A stretch of 64,000 nucleotides of DNA from Nemertoderma westbladi (lineage: Eukaryota > Animalia > Xenacoelomorpha): positions 12,381 to 76,380 of the forward strand of contig JAUCBJ010000528.1 in the NCBI GenBank assembly GCA_032718475.1, read 5' to 3'. The notes under the pieces are model-generated. The model saw only the letters and a list, made by a program, of their open reading frames with translations, was not told the DNA's origin and ran no database searches. The position numbers and the translations under genes are program-made. Positions 12,601-24,400 of the stretch are shown here, piece by piece (the first letter of the stretch is position 1; each line of letters begins with the position of its first letter).

Positions 12601-15600
12601 GGAACGACACAGCAAAATCTTACTATGACAACAAGACCTATAAAGACGTAAGTAAATATAAGTCTCGAACCAGTGACAGGAGAGAACAGGTAACAACAAC
12701 TCCTCCTACGTCTCCTAAGAGAATTCACGGAAGAAAGCCCGAAGAAAGAACGAGAGTGCATAACGTTACCCAAGGTAAAGTGAGTAACATCAAACCAAAA
12801 TGTGCGCTGTGCGACGGGCCCCACCGTTTGAGTGTGTGTGCTGAATTCCTAAAGAAATCCCTGGTAGACAGACGTGAAGTCATGTGGGATAAGCGGTTAT
12901 GCTATAATTGCCTCAGATCAGGACACCAACGGCGAACCTGTTACTCCGACGTAAAGTGTGCAAAGTGTGGCGCGAAACATCACATCTTGTTACACAGTGA
13001 GTTCGAACGAGACAACCCGAGTCAGGTAAGTGAGCCCGAACTACATGTCCAATTCAGTGATGTAAATGACACTGATCAAGAGTCTGAGATGGAAGGATTC
13101 TATACTGACGAATTCTCCGACGCCAACGAATCCTGTTACCTAATAAATACCGCAGTGTATCGAGCACTTACTTACGAAAAGGACACCGACAATGAGTTTC
13201 CCCCAACTACTTTTGCCAGACAACCATCTTGGAAAGCTCCAACTTCCAACGTAGGAATCAGAGAATTTCCTGTAGTGCAGGTAAGAGTTCACGGTCCTAA
13301 CAAAAGTTACATAGTGAACGCCCTCCTTGACTCCGGCAGCACAGGAACATTCATCGATCAAGAACTAGCCGAAGATATCTTTGCTGGACAACCCAAATTC
13401 CGGACTAAATTGAATATGTCAGGAATTATGCAGGTTTGGAAATCTACCCTAACGGCAGATTACTATGTAGGTGTGTTGTCCACCCCCCAGGATAAATTAG
13501 GAGCACAAGGTATAAGGTCGGTAAAAATGGTGGCTATAAAGAACTTCGCTACTACCCAAGCAGAACTTTATAATTGGGACGAGGATGAGAGCATCCAACA
13601 GCTTAAGATACCTCGATTCCAGACAGATTATCCTGGAGTGCAAATACTCATCGGCCAAAACGCGCATGAGGCGCTCGAGACATTGGAGAAACGGCCTGCT
13701 CAACCGCAGCCACTGCAAACCTATGCGGTAAGAACTAGAGTAGGTTGGTACTTTACTGGCCCTTGCCGCAGAACTCTCGAAGAGAGAATGCCACAAGAAC
13801 GAATATGCCAAGTAAACGATTGGGAAGTGGAGAGCAGTGAGGTGGACGAACTAACTGAGGGAACACCATACTCCTCAGATAATGACGACATCTACCAACT
13901 CTTCGATGAAGAGAACACAATCGACCTACTTACAGAAAACAAAACTTGGAAAAACCAGGTGAACCTATGTCAACTGATTCGCCCATCGGGACCCATTGAT
14001 TACAATGACGAACTAAATGATGAGATAGAGCGCTACAACGCTAGAACTCGGGACGAACTCGCCGCACAATTCTTTACTCAAGAATTGGTAGAGCCCAATT
14101 CATACGATAAGGCCCTATCGATAGAAGAAGAAAGAGCCAAGCAAATCCAGGAAACAACTACACGTTTTTTAAAAGATCAAGGTAGATATGAAATCGGCCT
14201 ACCATTTCGAAAACGAGAACCTAGATTTATAAATAACAGACCCTTGGCAGAGAAAAGAATCACTCAATTACATCGACGTCTTACGGCTAACGCTTCAGCT
14301 AAAGAAATGTACCAAACTCAGTTGAAGAAATTTATTACAAAGGGATACGCGGAGCGAGTACCGGAAGGAACACCAGTAACTGAGAGAACGTATTACTTAA
14401 CACATCATTACGTTCCCAAACCCGGTAAACCCCATGAAGTACGAGTCGTATTCGATGGCTCTGCTCTATATATGGGCCAATCCCTCAATTCCGAGTTGTT
14501 ACCAGGACCCAACTTACTCCAATCTTTGTTGGGAATACTTTTAAGATTAAGACAATATTCCATCGCATTCGCCTCCGATATAGAAGGAATGTTCTTACAA
14601 GTCAAGGCGCTGGATAGAGATAGAGACAGCCTAAGATTTCTGTGGTGGCCTGAAGGAGATCTCAACCAGAAACCGGTAGAGTACTGGATGACCATCCAGG
14701 CTTTTGGGATCATATCTAGCCCTTCCAACGCCTGCTCCGTGGTGCGGACCACTGCGAATGACAACCGAGACGCCTTCTCCAAAGAGGTGATAGACAACAT
14801 CAAACGCGATATATACATGGACGACAATTTAAAGTCCCTTCCATCAGTAGAAGAAGCCATTGATGTTGCGAAAGGAACGGTAGAGTGTTTGAAAAGAGGT
14901 GGATTTCGACTGACGAAATTCACCAGCAACTCCCGTGAGTTTGTGGAAGCGATACCGGTAGAAGACCGAGGAACGAAAGACCTAGACTTAATAAAGGACG
15001 ATCTTCCAGAAACCAAGACGCTTGGCTTGAAGTGGGACACTGAAAGAGATATCCTGTTTTTTCAGCTAAAACAGCGAGATAATCCAGTTCGGACCAAACG
15101 GATTTGTTTAAGTATCCTGAGCACTTATTTCGACCCATTGGGATTTATTAGCCCAGTTATATTGATTGCTCGGAGTTTAGTACAACAAATGTGGCTTGAA
15201 AACCACTCATGGGACGATCCGCTTAAGGGAGAACTGTTAAAGAAATGGATGAAATGGGAAGATTCTCTACCTGCCATCGAGAGCTTTGTAATTTCCCGTG
15301 CATATTTTGGTCATGTTCTTCTTACATATTCCTATCAACTCCATGTGTTTGGAGACGCCAGCGACATGGGAATAGGTATAGTAGCATATCTGCGAGTCGA
15401 AACTCCGGATGGAATCAAAGTCGCCTTGGTTACCTCTAAGGCATTGATTAACAACAAGTTAAAGGTTCCTCGAGCGGAGTTAAAGGCGGCTTTATACGCT
15501 ACAGCCATTGGCCGGAACGTAACAGAACAAATCGACTATCCACTGGAGAAAACTGTTTATTGGACCGACGCTTTACTCGTGTTGGAGTATATAACCAATG

Positions 15601-17699
15601 AAGTCTGTCAGTTCAGCGTTTTTGTTACTAACAGTGTAGCTATTATTCTTAGTCGCACAAAGATAGATCAATGGAGACATTGCCCTGGTACGATTAATCC
15701 AGCCGATATCGCCTCCAGGGGAGCGACTCCACAGGAACTGATAGATACTCCAGACTGGTTGGGTGGACCCGACTTCCTGAGTAAGGAAGAGGATGAATGG
15801 CCTCCTCACCTTACTACGGCGGAGATTAGACAAGCCAAGGGAGCGGAGAAAGTCAAACCTAAAACCCGGGCGAGTAAATCGAAGTTATTTAAACCGACGA
15901 TCGATCTATCTGTATTGCATACTTCCGGAAACGATGCTTCGGATCCACAATCCCTCGCCACAAATAAGTCTGTTGTGGAAATTAGAGATAGAGATTGGAA
16001 ATCTGGAACACCAGACGTCTCGCAAGGAATCTCACCCCTGCTGCAGAGAGCAATGCATCACTACAGTTCCTGGAATCGGCTCTGTAAAGCCGTCACATAT
16101 TTAAGGCGATGTTTTCATCATCACTACTCCAGGACGAAGACCATTAGTGATACCGCTCCATTGACATCTGCGCAAGTTCATGTTATTAAAAATTTACCCA
16201 AATATAAGACATCCGACCGGTTTCTAAAGGAAAAAATCAGTTACCAGGAGCATGAAGAAACCAATAAGCAGATACTGAGACTCCTGCAATGCTATGAGGA
16301 TTCCGATAAGTATTTCCTGTTGTTGAGAAATCCGCAGATGCGCTTAAGGGATCGCTTCTCTAGCACAATGATAGATGGGTTAATACGTGTTGGAGGAAGG
16401 CTCACCAATGCGCCATTATCCTTTGACACTAAATTCCCCATACTCATTAGAAATCTTGAAGTACAAATCAAGATGATTGTAGATGTTCACAGTAAACTTT
16501 ATCATGCTGGTAGAGAACGAGTTCTTAGCGAAATTCGAACTCGCTATTATTTTGATAAACCCCGTAGAGCTCTGAACCAAGTTCTTAGGAACTGCATACC
16601 CTGTAGGAAAGCATTCAGTAGGCCTTTAACACAGCGAGAGGCAGAATTACCTAGGGAACGAGTAAGCTTCTATGAACCACCTTTTACTAATACTGGTGTA
16701 GATTTATTTGGCCCTATTGAAGTATATCGTGCTAGGACTATAGTCAAGAGATGGTGTGTCATCTTCATATGCATGACTTGTAGAGCCATCCATCTCGATA
16801 TGGTGAACGATCTATCTACCAACAGCTTCGTCTTAAGTTTACGCCGACAGATCGCTCTCTTCGGGACGAGTAATACCATGAGATCGGATAAGGGAACGAA
16901 CTTCATTGGTGCCAACAACGAAATCCAGGCTTACGTGAAGGACTTGAACCAAAGACAGGTGGACGATCAGCTAAGGATAACAGCGTCTAGCTGGACCTTC
17001 AACGCCGCCGACGCCCCTTGGTGGGGAGGAAGTTGGGAGAGATTAATTAGAAGTGTCAAGACCGCATTTCACTTTATAGTGCCATGCCGCGCGTATCTCA
17101 CCGATGAACTTTTGCGGATGTTAATGGAGGAAATAGCTGCCTATCTCAACGAGAGACCGCTTATGCCAGTCTCATCGAGTCCCGATTCCCTGGAAGCGCT
17201 AACACCCGCGCACTTCCTACTGAAGAAACCTGTAGCCATGCTCCCACGATCGGAGATTACCGACGGAGACGAATACTGCCGTCGAACTTGGCAACTTAAG
17301 CAGTTGCTATCCCGTCGTTTTGCTGACCATTTCGAGAAACATTATCTGCCCACGCTACAACTTCGAACTAAGTGGTTTGCGCAGCAAGAAAACGTCAGCG
17401 CCGGAGATATGGTGCTTATTGTAGATTCAGACCTCCCACGTAAACGGTGGCAGACAGGTCGTATCATCGAGACTCACATCTCGGATGATGGTTTAGTACG
17501 CTCGGTAGAACTCGTCGTCATGCGGCGTAACTTCAAGAAGCCAGGCATAATCTTTGAGACGCAACAACTCAACAGCCCAGTTGGTCGTTTATGTTTACTG
17601 GAAAGAGACAGAGAACTCTCCGGAAACTATGGAAGGCAAGACACTCTTCCCACGACCACCTCCCTAATTCCTCAAACATCTAGGGACTCCCCAACGTGA
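9627..17699 (+). CDS. BEL/Pao LTR retrotransposon Gag-Pol polyprotein, 2690 aa, uninterrupted
   Basis: DUF1759-like gag (KFNGDEMKWLPF...EKLRFLIKCLEG); triple Zn knuckle (CALC..H..C, CYNC...H....C, CAKC...HH.LLH); protease LLDSGS; RT RVVFDGS/SDIEGMFLQV/YMDD; Pao RNase H (HVFGDAS, PRAEL, WTDA, NPADIASRG); integrase (H..H..C..C, GVDLFGP, SDKGTNF, GGSWERLI); DUF5641 end. Confidence 0.97.
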   Translation: MSDTQQNLSDSLIDTTICDTDRSVERLRKGFSSPPTERKVIPPVVVSDPMLIQHRRSIIGTRAQVKRNQEAAVQQQQHPRQETRSQRPDSSSSSDTVELTPERGVKMAATVYSDPLLTLPAAVLTTIFIAVEEHQVDWARSKRATQDSYAGYAREELMSIVESQWNFPGPGLPLDLSEATWEDIHRMGVTKDTMDPAVWKRSAAGYVQGFFGSLERLEEQLFRQPQGPQEQEELLYQVRERTLRIRLILSAFEETSKRRQDTSLQVAVKTWFQRVGLKVQETAQWKSQLAERPTYEEPTDATLSQVESEETAAEKPPSRDAIDIYLSDYQRFLGDEELRRRLSGLSPNSEGAKHVLDAIDIEMLAANQAKFDERLRIARAQEEQVKKRRIEDRKATAVAAAMAEAEAERKAAVAAAMAEAEAERKAAVAAARAVAEAERRASEETTQLELENLQETQDCINKQLTASQMQMMSRSTPKRQGYTSSEEGKTTDPEGGGNRSRLSRRRKTSHRHKLPDLPPAVRRQLASTDLGSTEPTDQIIKVKRLPTIVDEPEIIRPVVPKTTPMLETPVLPELNSKFPLHSTTLPVPGRTVHEKIPVLDSEREIKDLSPVVPRQPATMLVTPASAVEWVEEGRRGMNLLLGQMQETVHQLKGTVRESRVELQEVQQSIALERDKLVNIQKGIPIPPVTLCQPVRSEVLHAQGVEPTRIYTASEVETPIANPIKGDYKPVVNDIPYRPDNDPRNLYTDNSILNNTMAQESFTRQMARTEARQAVKVGEIVKFNGDEMKWLPFNEYYKDSIQNSVLSNGEKLRFLIKCLEGPPKLMALKFIGHPEGLRQVWDTLNIRYGNKDNIAKYLYAKLVAPRNFLSSGIIEFSDEIQEICRQLDWLGKSHEYQSSMVIGAVVSTLPKGGVCTRWDKKVLYMNEQQRRSPTMADLMSFLDSEVKLQLIKQSREKTSENKVSEKPISRRRIIPVCYTDDGESQASQEEDSGNDTAKSYYDNKTYKDVSKYKSRTSDRREQVTTTPPTSPKRIHGRKPEERTRVHNVTQGKVSNIKPKCALCDGPHRLSVCAEFLKKSLVDRREVMWDKRLCYNCLRSGHQRRTCYSDVKCAKCGAKHHILLHSEFERDNPSQVSEPELHVQFSDVNDTDQESEMEGFYTDEFSDANESCYLINTAVYRALTYEKDTDNEFPPTTFARQPSWKAPTSNVGIREFPVVQVRVHGPNKSYIVNALLDSGSTGTFIDQELAEDIFAGQPKFRTKLNMSGIMQVWKSTLTADYYVGVLSTPQDKLGAQGIRSVKMVAIKNFATTQAELYNWDEDESIQQLKIPRFQTDYPGVQILIGQNAHEALETLEKRPAQPQPLQTYAVRTRVGWYFTGPCRRTLEERMPQERICQVNDWEVESSEVDELTEGTPYSSDNDDIYQLFDEENTIDLLTENKTWKNQVNLCQLIRPSGPIDYNDELNDEIERYNARTRDELAAQFFTQELVEPNSYDKALSIEEERAKQIQETTTRFLKDQGRYEIGLPFRKREPRFINNRPLAEKRITQLHRRLTANASAKEMYQTQLKKFITKGYAERVPEGTPVTERTYYLTHHYVPKPGKPHEVRVVFDGSALYMGQSLNSELLPGPNLLQSLLGILLRLRQYSIAFASDIEGMFLQVKALDRDRDSLRFLWWPEGDLNQKPVEYWMTIQAFGIISSPSNACSVVRTTANDNRDAFSKEVIDNIKRDIYMDDNLKSLPSVEEAIDVAKGTVECLKRGGFRLTKFTSNSREFVEAIPVEDRGTKDLDLIKDDLPETKTLGLKWDTERDILFFQLKQRDNPVRTKRICLSILSTYFDPLGFISPVILIARSLVQQMWLENHSWDDPLKGELLKKWMKWEDSLPAIESFVISRAYFGHVLLTYSYQLHVFGDASDMGIGIVAYLRVETPDGIKVALVTSKALINNKLKVPRAELKAALYATAIGRNVTEQIDYPLEKTVYWTDALLVLEYITNEVCQFSVFVTNSVAIILSRTKIDQWRHCPGTINPADIASRGATPQELIDTPDWLGGPDFLSKEEDEWPPHLTTAEIRQAKGAEKVKPKTRASKSKLFKPTIDLSVLHTSGNDASDPQSLATNKSVVEIRDRDWKSGTPDVSQGISPLLQRAMHHYSSWNRLCKAVTYLRRCFHHHYSRTKTISDTAPLTSAQVHVIKNLPKYKTSDRFLKEKISYQEHEETNKQILRLLQCYEDSDKYFLLLRNPQMRLRDRFSSTMIDGLIRVGGRLTNAPLSFDTKFPILIRNLEVQIKMIVDVHSKLYHAGRERVLSEIRTRYYFDKPRRALNQVLRNCIPCRKAFSRPLTQREAELPRERVSFYEPPFTNTGVDLFGPIEVYRARTIVKRWCVIFICMTCRAIHLDMVNDLSTNSFVLSLRRQIALFGTSNTMRSDKGTNFIGANNEIQAYVKDLNQRQVDDQLRITASSWTFNAADAPWWGGSWERLIRSVKTAFHFIVPCRAYLTDELLRMLMEEIAAYLNERPLMPVSSSPDSLEALTPAHFLLKKPVAMLPRSEITDGDEYCRRTWQLKQLLSRRFADHFEKHYLPTLQLRTKWFAQQENVSAGDMVLIVDSDLPRKRWQTGRIIETHISDDGLVRSVELVVMRRNFKKPGIIFETQQLNSPVGRLCLLERDRELSGNYGRQDTLPTTTSLIPQTSRDSPT

Positions 17700-17918
17700 T
17701 ACGTCTGGAGTGGGTGCATGACTATATTATTTTATCTATTTTATTATATTTTATATGTGAACATTATTATGTACTTTATTATAATCGTTTTTATTCAATT
17801 TTATTTAGTAGAAGGTTATGTTAGATTATTTGGTAGATTAGTGCAATATATTAGTGTTTATTACGTAATTACATATATATAATATATATTTAGTGTGACG
17901 GCGAGAAATAATTTTTTC

Positions 17919-18590
17919 TCGGAGATTACCGACGGAGACGAATACTGCCGTCGAACTTGGCAACTTATGCAGTTGCTATCCCGTCGTTTCGCTGACCATT
18001 TCGAGAAACATTATCTGCCCACGCTACAACTTCGAACTAAGTGGTTTGCGCAGCAAGAAAACGTCAGCGCTGGAGACATGGTGCTTATTGTGGACCCCGA
18101 TCTCCCACGTAAGTGATGGCAAACAGGACGTATCATCGAGACTCATATCTCGAGCGATGGTTTGGTGCGATCAGTAGAACTCGTCGTCATGCGGCGTAAC
18201 TTTAAGAAACCAGGGATAGTCTTTGAGACTCAACAGCTCAACCGCCCAGTGGGTCGTTTATGTTTACTGGAAAGAGACAGAGAGCTCTCCGGAAACTATG
18301 GAAGGCAAGAAACTCTTCCCACGACCACTTCCCTAATCCAACCGACCTCTAGGGACTCCCCAACTTAATATCGTTCGGAGTGGGCGTGTGACTCGATTAT
18401 TTTATATTATATTATTATTTTTATATTTATGTATGTATTACTATGTAATTTTATTATAATCGTTTTATTTAATTTAGTAGAATATTATTTAGCGATTATT
18501 TTGTAGAATAGTGCAATATATTCGTGTTTATTACGTACGTAATTACTTATATTATATTTAGTGAGACGGCGAAGAAATAATTATTTTTCT
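17919..18590 (+). pseudogene. Diverged second copy of the BEL 3' end (DUF5641 coding tail plus 3' non-coding), duplicating 17250-17918
   Basis: Collinear with 17250-17918; in-frame TGA at 18114-18116; TC microhomology at the junction. Confidence 0.92.
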
Positions 18591-18693
18591 CTTTCCTTAC
18601 TGTCCGTATTATATTATAAATACGTAACTACAGTAAGATGAAATGTCCGTACTTATTAAAGTACAATAAAGCCACTACTGTATTTAAGTATTA
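18389..18693 (+). repeat. Candidate BEL 3' LTR (truncated homolog at 17719-17918)
   Basis: Follows purine-rich GGAGTGGG and starts TG in both copies. Has TATAAATA (~18615) and AATAAA (18665), then PBS-like TGGTAGGCAGAG (18695). No terminal CA and no 5' copy found. Confidence 0.45.
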
Positions 18694-21461
18694 TTGGTAG
18701 GCAGAGTATTAGGAATGCAAAGTTCAGATCCTCGTGTCTCGGCTAAACCAAGCTCTGGGTAGACCTTGGAAACGACTTGCCTCTTCACACTGACATTGCT
18801 TCGTGCGATATTGCTCTCATACCATATATAATAATACATATAGTAGCGTGATGTCCCTATAACAGTAGCGTAAAACGCAAATAAATCTGTTAAACCTTTT
18901 GACCATCTGTAATTCTAGTCGATTAAGATATCGCGGCACCCACCGATATACTTGAAAGACAAATTCTAGAATCAGTGGTTAACGTCCCCAGACAAGTTCT
19001 GGAATAAATCGGTGCCCATCTTAAATATTAATTTAATATTTATTAAAATCTGTAAAATTCAGATCCTTTAAAATTTCTAGTCAATTAAGATATCGCAGCA
19101 CTTACCGATACTCTTAAAAGACAATTTTATAGAATTAAAGATCCTCAGTCCCCAGACATGCTCTGGAATAAAAATTGTGTCAATTTTAACATCAAATAAT
19201 AAAATTCACGGGAATAAATTTAAATTCATATTTTAAATGAATTTCATAAATTGTCATTTTGTGCAATTTATAACATTCCCAAAATTCCATTAATTAATAG
19301 ATCATGGGAGTGGAGATTCATCCTATTGAGTGTATTAGAGTGCGAGAATCTCCAACATATAGTCAATAGCCGATAAAAAATTAATAAAATCATGCATAGA
19401 GAGGATATTGACAATTAAAGAATTACTATTAAATAGCATTCCAGATCTGTATGCATGAGAATTACCCTAATTCTACCGCTAGCTTTCCATAATGTCACCA
19501 TAGCAACACCCACGCTAGAATTAGAAGCAAGTTAAAAGAACAATAGAAAGCTTGTCCCATTGAATAGCATAGGGAATAAATAGTGCACTGATAGTATCCA
19601 AGGATACATAATAATAACATGGCATTCTGGAAGGCACTGACTAACGGACAAATGGCCTGTATGTGTACAATTGGTGACAGTTGTGTGGAATTTGTGCGTT
19701 TATAGGTGAATGTTACTGCTAAAGTATGTTTACAGTAGCTAGTCGCAATTGTGAAAGTAACCCAACTCTCCTATAGAAAGAACCTAAAGTGGATCCAAGC
19801 CTTTGGGACGGACAGTGGAGTGACTTGTGCCGGTTATCGTTGTCGTGCTGTTGCTACATGTTGGCGTAAACACCGCGACGACGGTACATCGGCGCTGAGA
19901 ATCCCACAGTCCGGGGGCAACGAGAGGTAGGCAGCGACGCCCGCTAGCCTAAACATAAACTCATTTTGATATTAATAAACTCAGATAGCAGATATGACGT
20001 AGTTGATAGAAGATGATCTTGGTATTAGGGAGCGATATACTCTACCTTTACAAGCATTTGTGGATAGCTTAATACACGGTGAAGCCGATCCAACCATTAC
20101 GGAGGACGATGGTTGTTATATCGAACCGCCGATGTCCCAAGCTGCCAAGAGCAACTTACGCGTGAATTGGACTATCGAAAATTCACCGCTCGCTATACGA
20201 ATCGTAATGGTACGTATATGGACTTCTTAACTACCGGCCATCCTATCGATTTACATGATACGGACGATGTAGACACAGAAAGGGAAATGGTTCTATTTAA
20301 ATATCATACCCAGCGAAGTCGGCATGATGAACCGAGAATAGAACACGAGAATTCTATTCGAAAACAACTCGAAAGATAGAACGTGGAAGAAAGCTTGTAA
20401 AGACAAATAGAGGAGAACACTGGAGAAGAGACATGGGTTAATGTCCAGGGTCCATGATGTGAATAGTTTTCCCCCGGGGCACGGGTGCTCGCGGGCGGTC
20501 TCCTTCGGGAGGCCGTAATTTTCTCTTCCTTCATCGTTTTCCTGTAATTATTGTGATCAGTGTCACAATTAAAGGGCAAGAATGAATGATGATGTGACGG
20601 AAACATATCCATTGTGGTATCTTATGGATACTACCATATATCCTCCCTCCTCTTTACTCCCTTTATCCCTCTATACATCGCTATTGAAAATACAACATAC
20701 TTAGTCCCACCTTCTCTTCCCAATGTGCTCGGAGCTTTGGGAGACGATCGACCAATCATTGCCGTATCGTGGTATGGATCATACCGCCTCCTAATAAATC
20801 TCCCCACCCCTTACTGTTTATTTGGATGCTTATATTGGTGTCCGCACCTCTTGTCCATGTCACATTCTGTTGATATTTATGATATCAACTTCCACCCTCT
20901 CGTTGTTGATTAGAAAATCAACCATCAATAATTTCCTTAAGTCCACAACCGTGATACAAACAAGGACTGAAAGGACACGCGGATAGTTTGTGAACAACTG
21001 GTACCATTATGTGTCATAAATCTGGTTGTTCACCTCCCTCAATGATTGGAGATATAAATCTTATGTAGAACAACTGAGACAAACATATCCTTGAACTGGT
21101 GTTTACCTCCTCGCACTAGGGATAAATTCATTTGGAGATAGTCTTCGAACGATTGAATCCTCCAACTGAGAACTGAGATCGTATTTCTGAATATTTCTGA
21201 ATACGACATAGGTCTTCCCCTGCTCTCTACCACTACCATCAATGGAAGACATATTAGGCATACGACGGAATATGGAGAACATTCCATACCCTTTCGTTGA
21301 TACTCAGCTGATTGCTCCCTGGGCAGAAGGTCGAGGTTTCTTCCGCACCATGTATGCTAATACGTCTAGCAACATTACAAAGGTGCAACGAACTTCCATC
21401 GGACATCTTGCCTTTCAGGAATACGGATGGAATTGCTATTGTACGGATCGAATACGAATGG

Positions 21462-24400
21462 ATTACTACACCTTGGGTACACTTTATGGACAAGGTCAAC
21501 GAGACATAATAATGGTGGCATTACTACACCTTGTGTACACTTTATGGACTGAGGTCAACGAGACATAATAATGGTGGCATTACTACACCTTGTGTACACT
21601 TTATGGACTGAGGTCAACGAGACATAATAATGGTGGCATTACTACACCTTGGGTACACTTTATGGACAAGGTCAGCGAGACATAATAATGGTGGCATTAC
21701 TACACCTTGGGTACACTTTATTGACTGAGGTCTCGGAGACATAATAATGGTGGCATTACTACACCTTGGGTACACTTTATGGACAAGGTCAGCGAGACAT
21801 AATAATGGTGGAATTACTACACCTTGGGTACACTTTATTGACTGAGGTCTCGGAGACATAATAATGGTGGCATTACTACACCTTGGGTACACTTTATGGA
21901 CTGAGGTCAACGAGACATAATAATGGAGGCACTACTACACATTGGGTACACTTTATGGACTGAGGTCAACGAGACATAATAATGGTGGCATTACTACACC
22001 TTGGGTACACTTTATGGACTGAGGTCAACGAGACATAATAATGGTGGCATTACTACACCTTGTGTACACTTTATGGACTGAGGTCAACGAGACATAATAA
22101 TGGTGGCATTACTACACCTTGGGTACACTTTATGGACAAGGTCAGCGAGACATAATAATGGTGGCATTACTACACCTTGGGTACACTTTATTGACTGAGG
22201 TCTCGGAGACATAATAATGGTGGCATTACTACACCTTGTGTACACTTTATGGACTGAGGTCAACGAGACATAATAATGGTGGCATTACTACACCTTGTGT
22301 ACACTTTATGGACTGAGGTCAACGAGACATAATAATGGTGGCATTACTACACCTTGGGTACACTATATGGACTGCGGTCAGCGAGACATAATAATGGTGG
22401 CATTACTACACCTTGGGTACACTTTATGAACTGAGGTCAGCGAGACATAATAATGGTGGCATTACTACACCTTGGGTACACTTTATGGACTGAGGTCAAC
22501 GAGACATAATAATGGTGGCATTACTACACCTTGTGTACACTTTATGGACTGAGGTCAACGAGACATAATAATGGTAGCATTACTACACCTTGGGTACACT
22601 TTATGGACAAGGTCAGCGAGACATAATAATGGTGGCATTACTACACCTTGGGTACACTTTATTGACTGAGGTCTCGGAGACATAATAATGGTGGCATTAC
22701 TACACCTTGGGTACACTTTATGGACAAGGTCAGCGAGACATAATAATGGTGGAATTACTACACCTTGGGTACACTTTATTGACTGAGGTCTCGGAGACAT
22801 AATAATGGTGGCATTACTACACCTTGGGTACACTATATGGACTGAGGTCAGCGAGGAGACATAATAATGGTGGCATTACTACACCTTGGGTACACTTTAT
22901 GGACAAGGTCAACGAGACATAATAATGGTGGCATTACTACACCTTGGGTACACTTTATGGACTGAGGTCAGCGAGACATAATAATGGTGGCATTACTACA
23001 CCTTGGGTACACTTTATGGACTGAGGTCAGCGAGACATAATAATGGTGGCATTACTACACCTTGGGTACACTTTATGGACTGAGGTCAGCGAGGAGACAT
23101 AATAATGGTGACATTACTACACCTTGGGTACACTTTATGGACTGAGGTCAACGAGGAGACATAATAATGGTGGCATTACTACACCTTGGGTACACTTTAT
23201 GGACAAGGTCAGCGAGACATAATAATGGTGGCATTACTACACCTTGGGTACACTTTATGGACTGAGGTCAGCGAGACATAATAATGGTGGCATTACTACA
23301 CCTTGGGTACACTTTATGGACTGAGGTCAGCGAGGAGACATAATAATGGTGGCATTACTACACCTTGGGTACACTTTATGGACTGAGGTCAGCGAGACAT
23401 AATAATGGTGGCATTACTACACCTTGGGTACACTTTATGGACTGAGGTCAGCGAGGAGACATAATAATGGTGGCATTACTACACCTTGGGTACACTTTAT
23501 GGACAAGGTCAGCGAGACATAATAATGGTGGCATTACTACACCTTGGGTACACTTTATGGACTGAGGTCAGCGAGACATAATAATGGTGGCATTACTACA
23601 CCTTGGGTACACTTTATGGACTGAGGTCAGCGAGACATAATAATGGTGGCATTACTACACCTTGGGTACACTTTATGGACTGAGGTCAGCGAGACATAAT
23701 AATGGTGGCATTACTACACCTTGGGTACACTTTATGGACTGAGGTCAGCGAGGAGACATAATAATGGTGGCATTACTACACCTTGGGTACACTTTATGGA
23801 CTGAGGTCAGCGAGGAGACATAATAATGGTGGCATTACTACACCTTGGGTACACTTTATGGACTGAGGTCAGCGAGACATAATAATGGTGGCATTACTAC
23901 ACCTTGGGTACACTTTATGGACTGAGGTCAGCGAGACATAATAATGGTGGCATTACTACACCTTGGGTACACTTTATGGACTGAGGTCAGCGAGGAGACA
24001 TAATAATGGTGGCATTACTACACCTTGGGTACACTTTATGGACTGAGGTCAGCGAGGAGACATAATAATGGTGGCATTACTACACCTTGGGTACACTTTA
24101 TGGACTGAGGTCAGCGAGGAGACATAATAATGGTGGCATTACTACACCTTGGGTACACTTTATGGACAAGGTCAACGAGACATAATAATGGTGGCATTAC
24201 TACACCTTGGGTACACTTTATGGACTGAGGTCAGCGAGGAGACATAATAATGGTGACATTACTACACCTTGGGTACACTTTATGGACAAGGTCAACGAGA
24301 CATAATAATGGTGGCATTACTACACCTTGGGTACACTTTATGGACTGAGGTCAGCGAGTCATAATAATGGTGGCATTACTACACCTTGGGTACACTTTAT

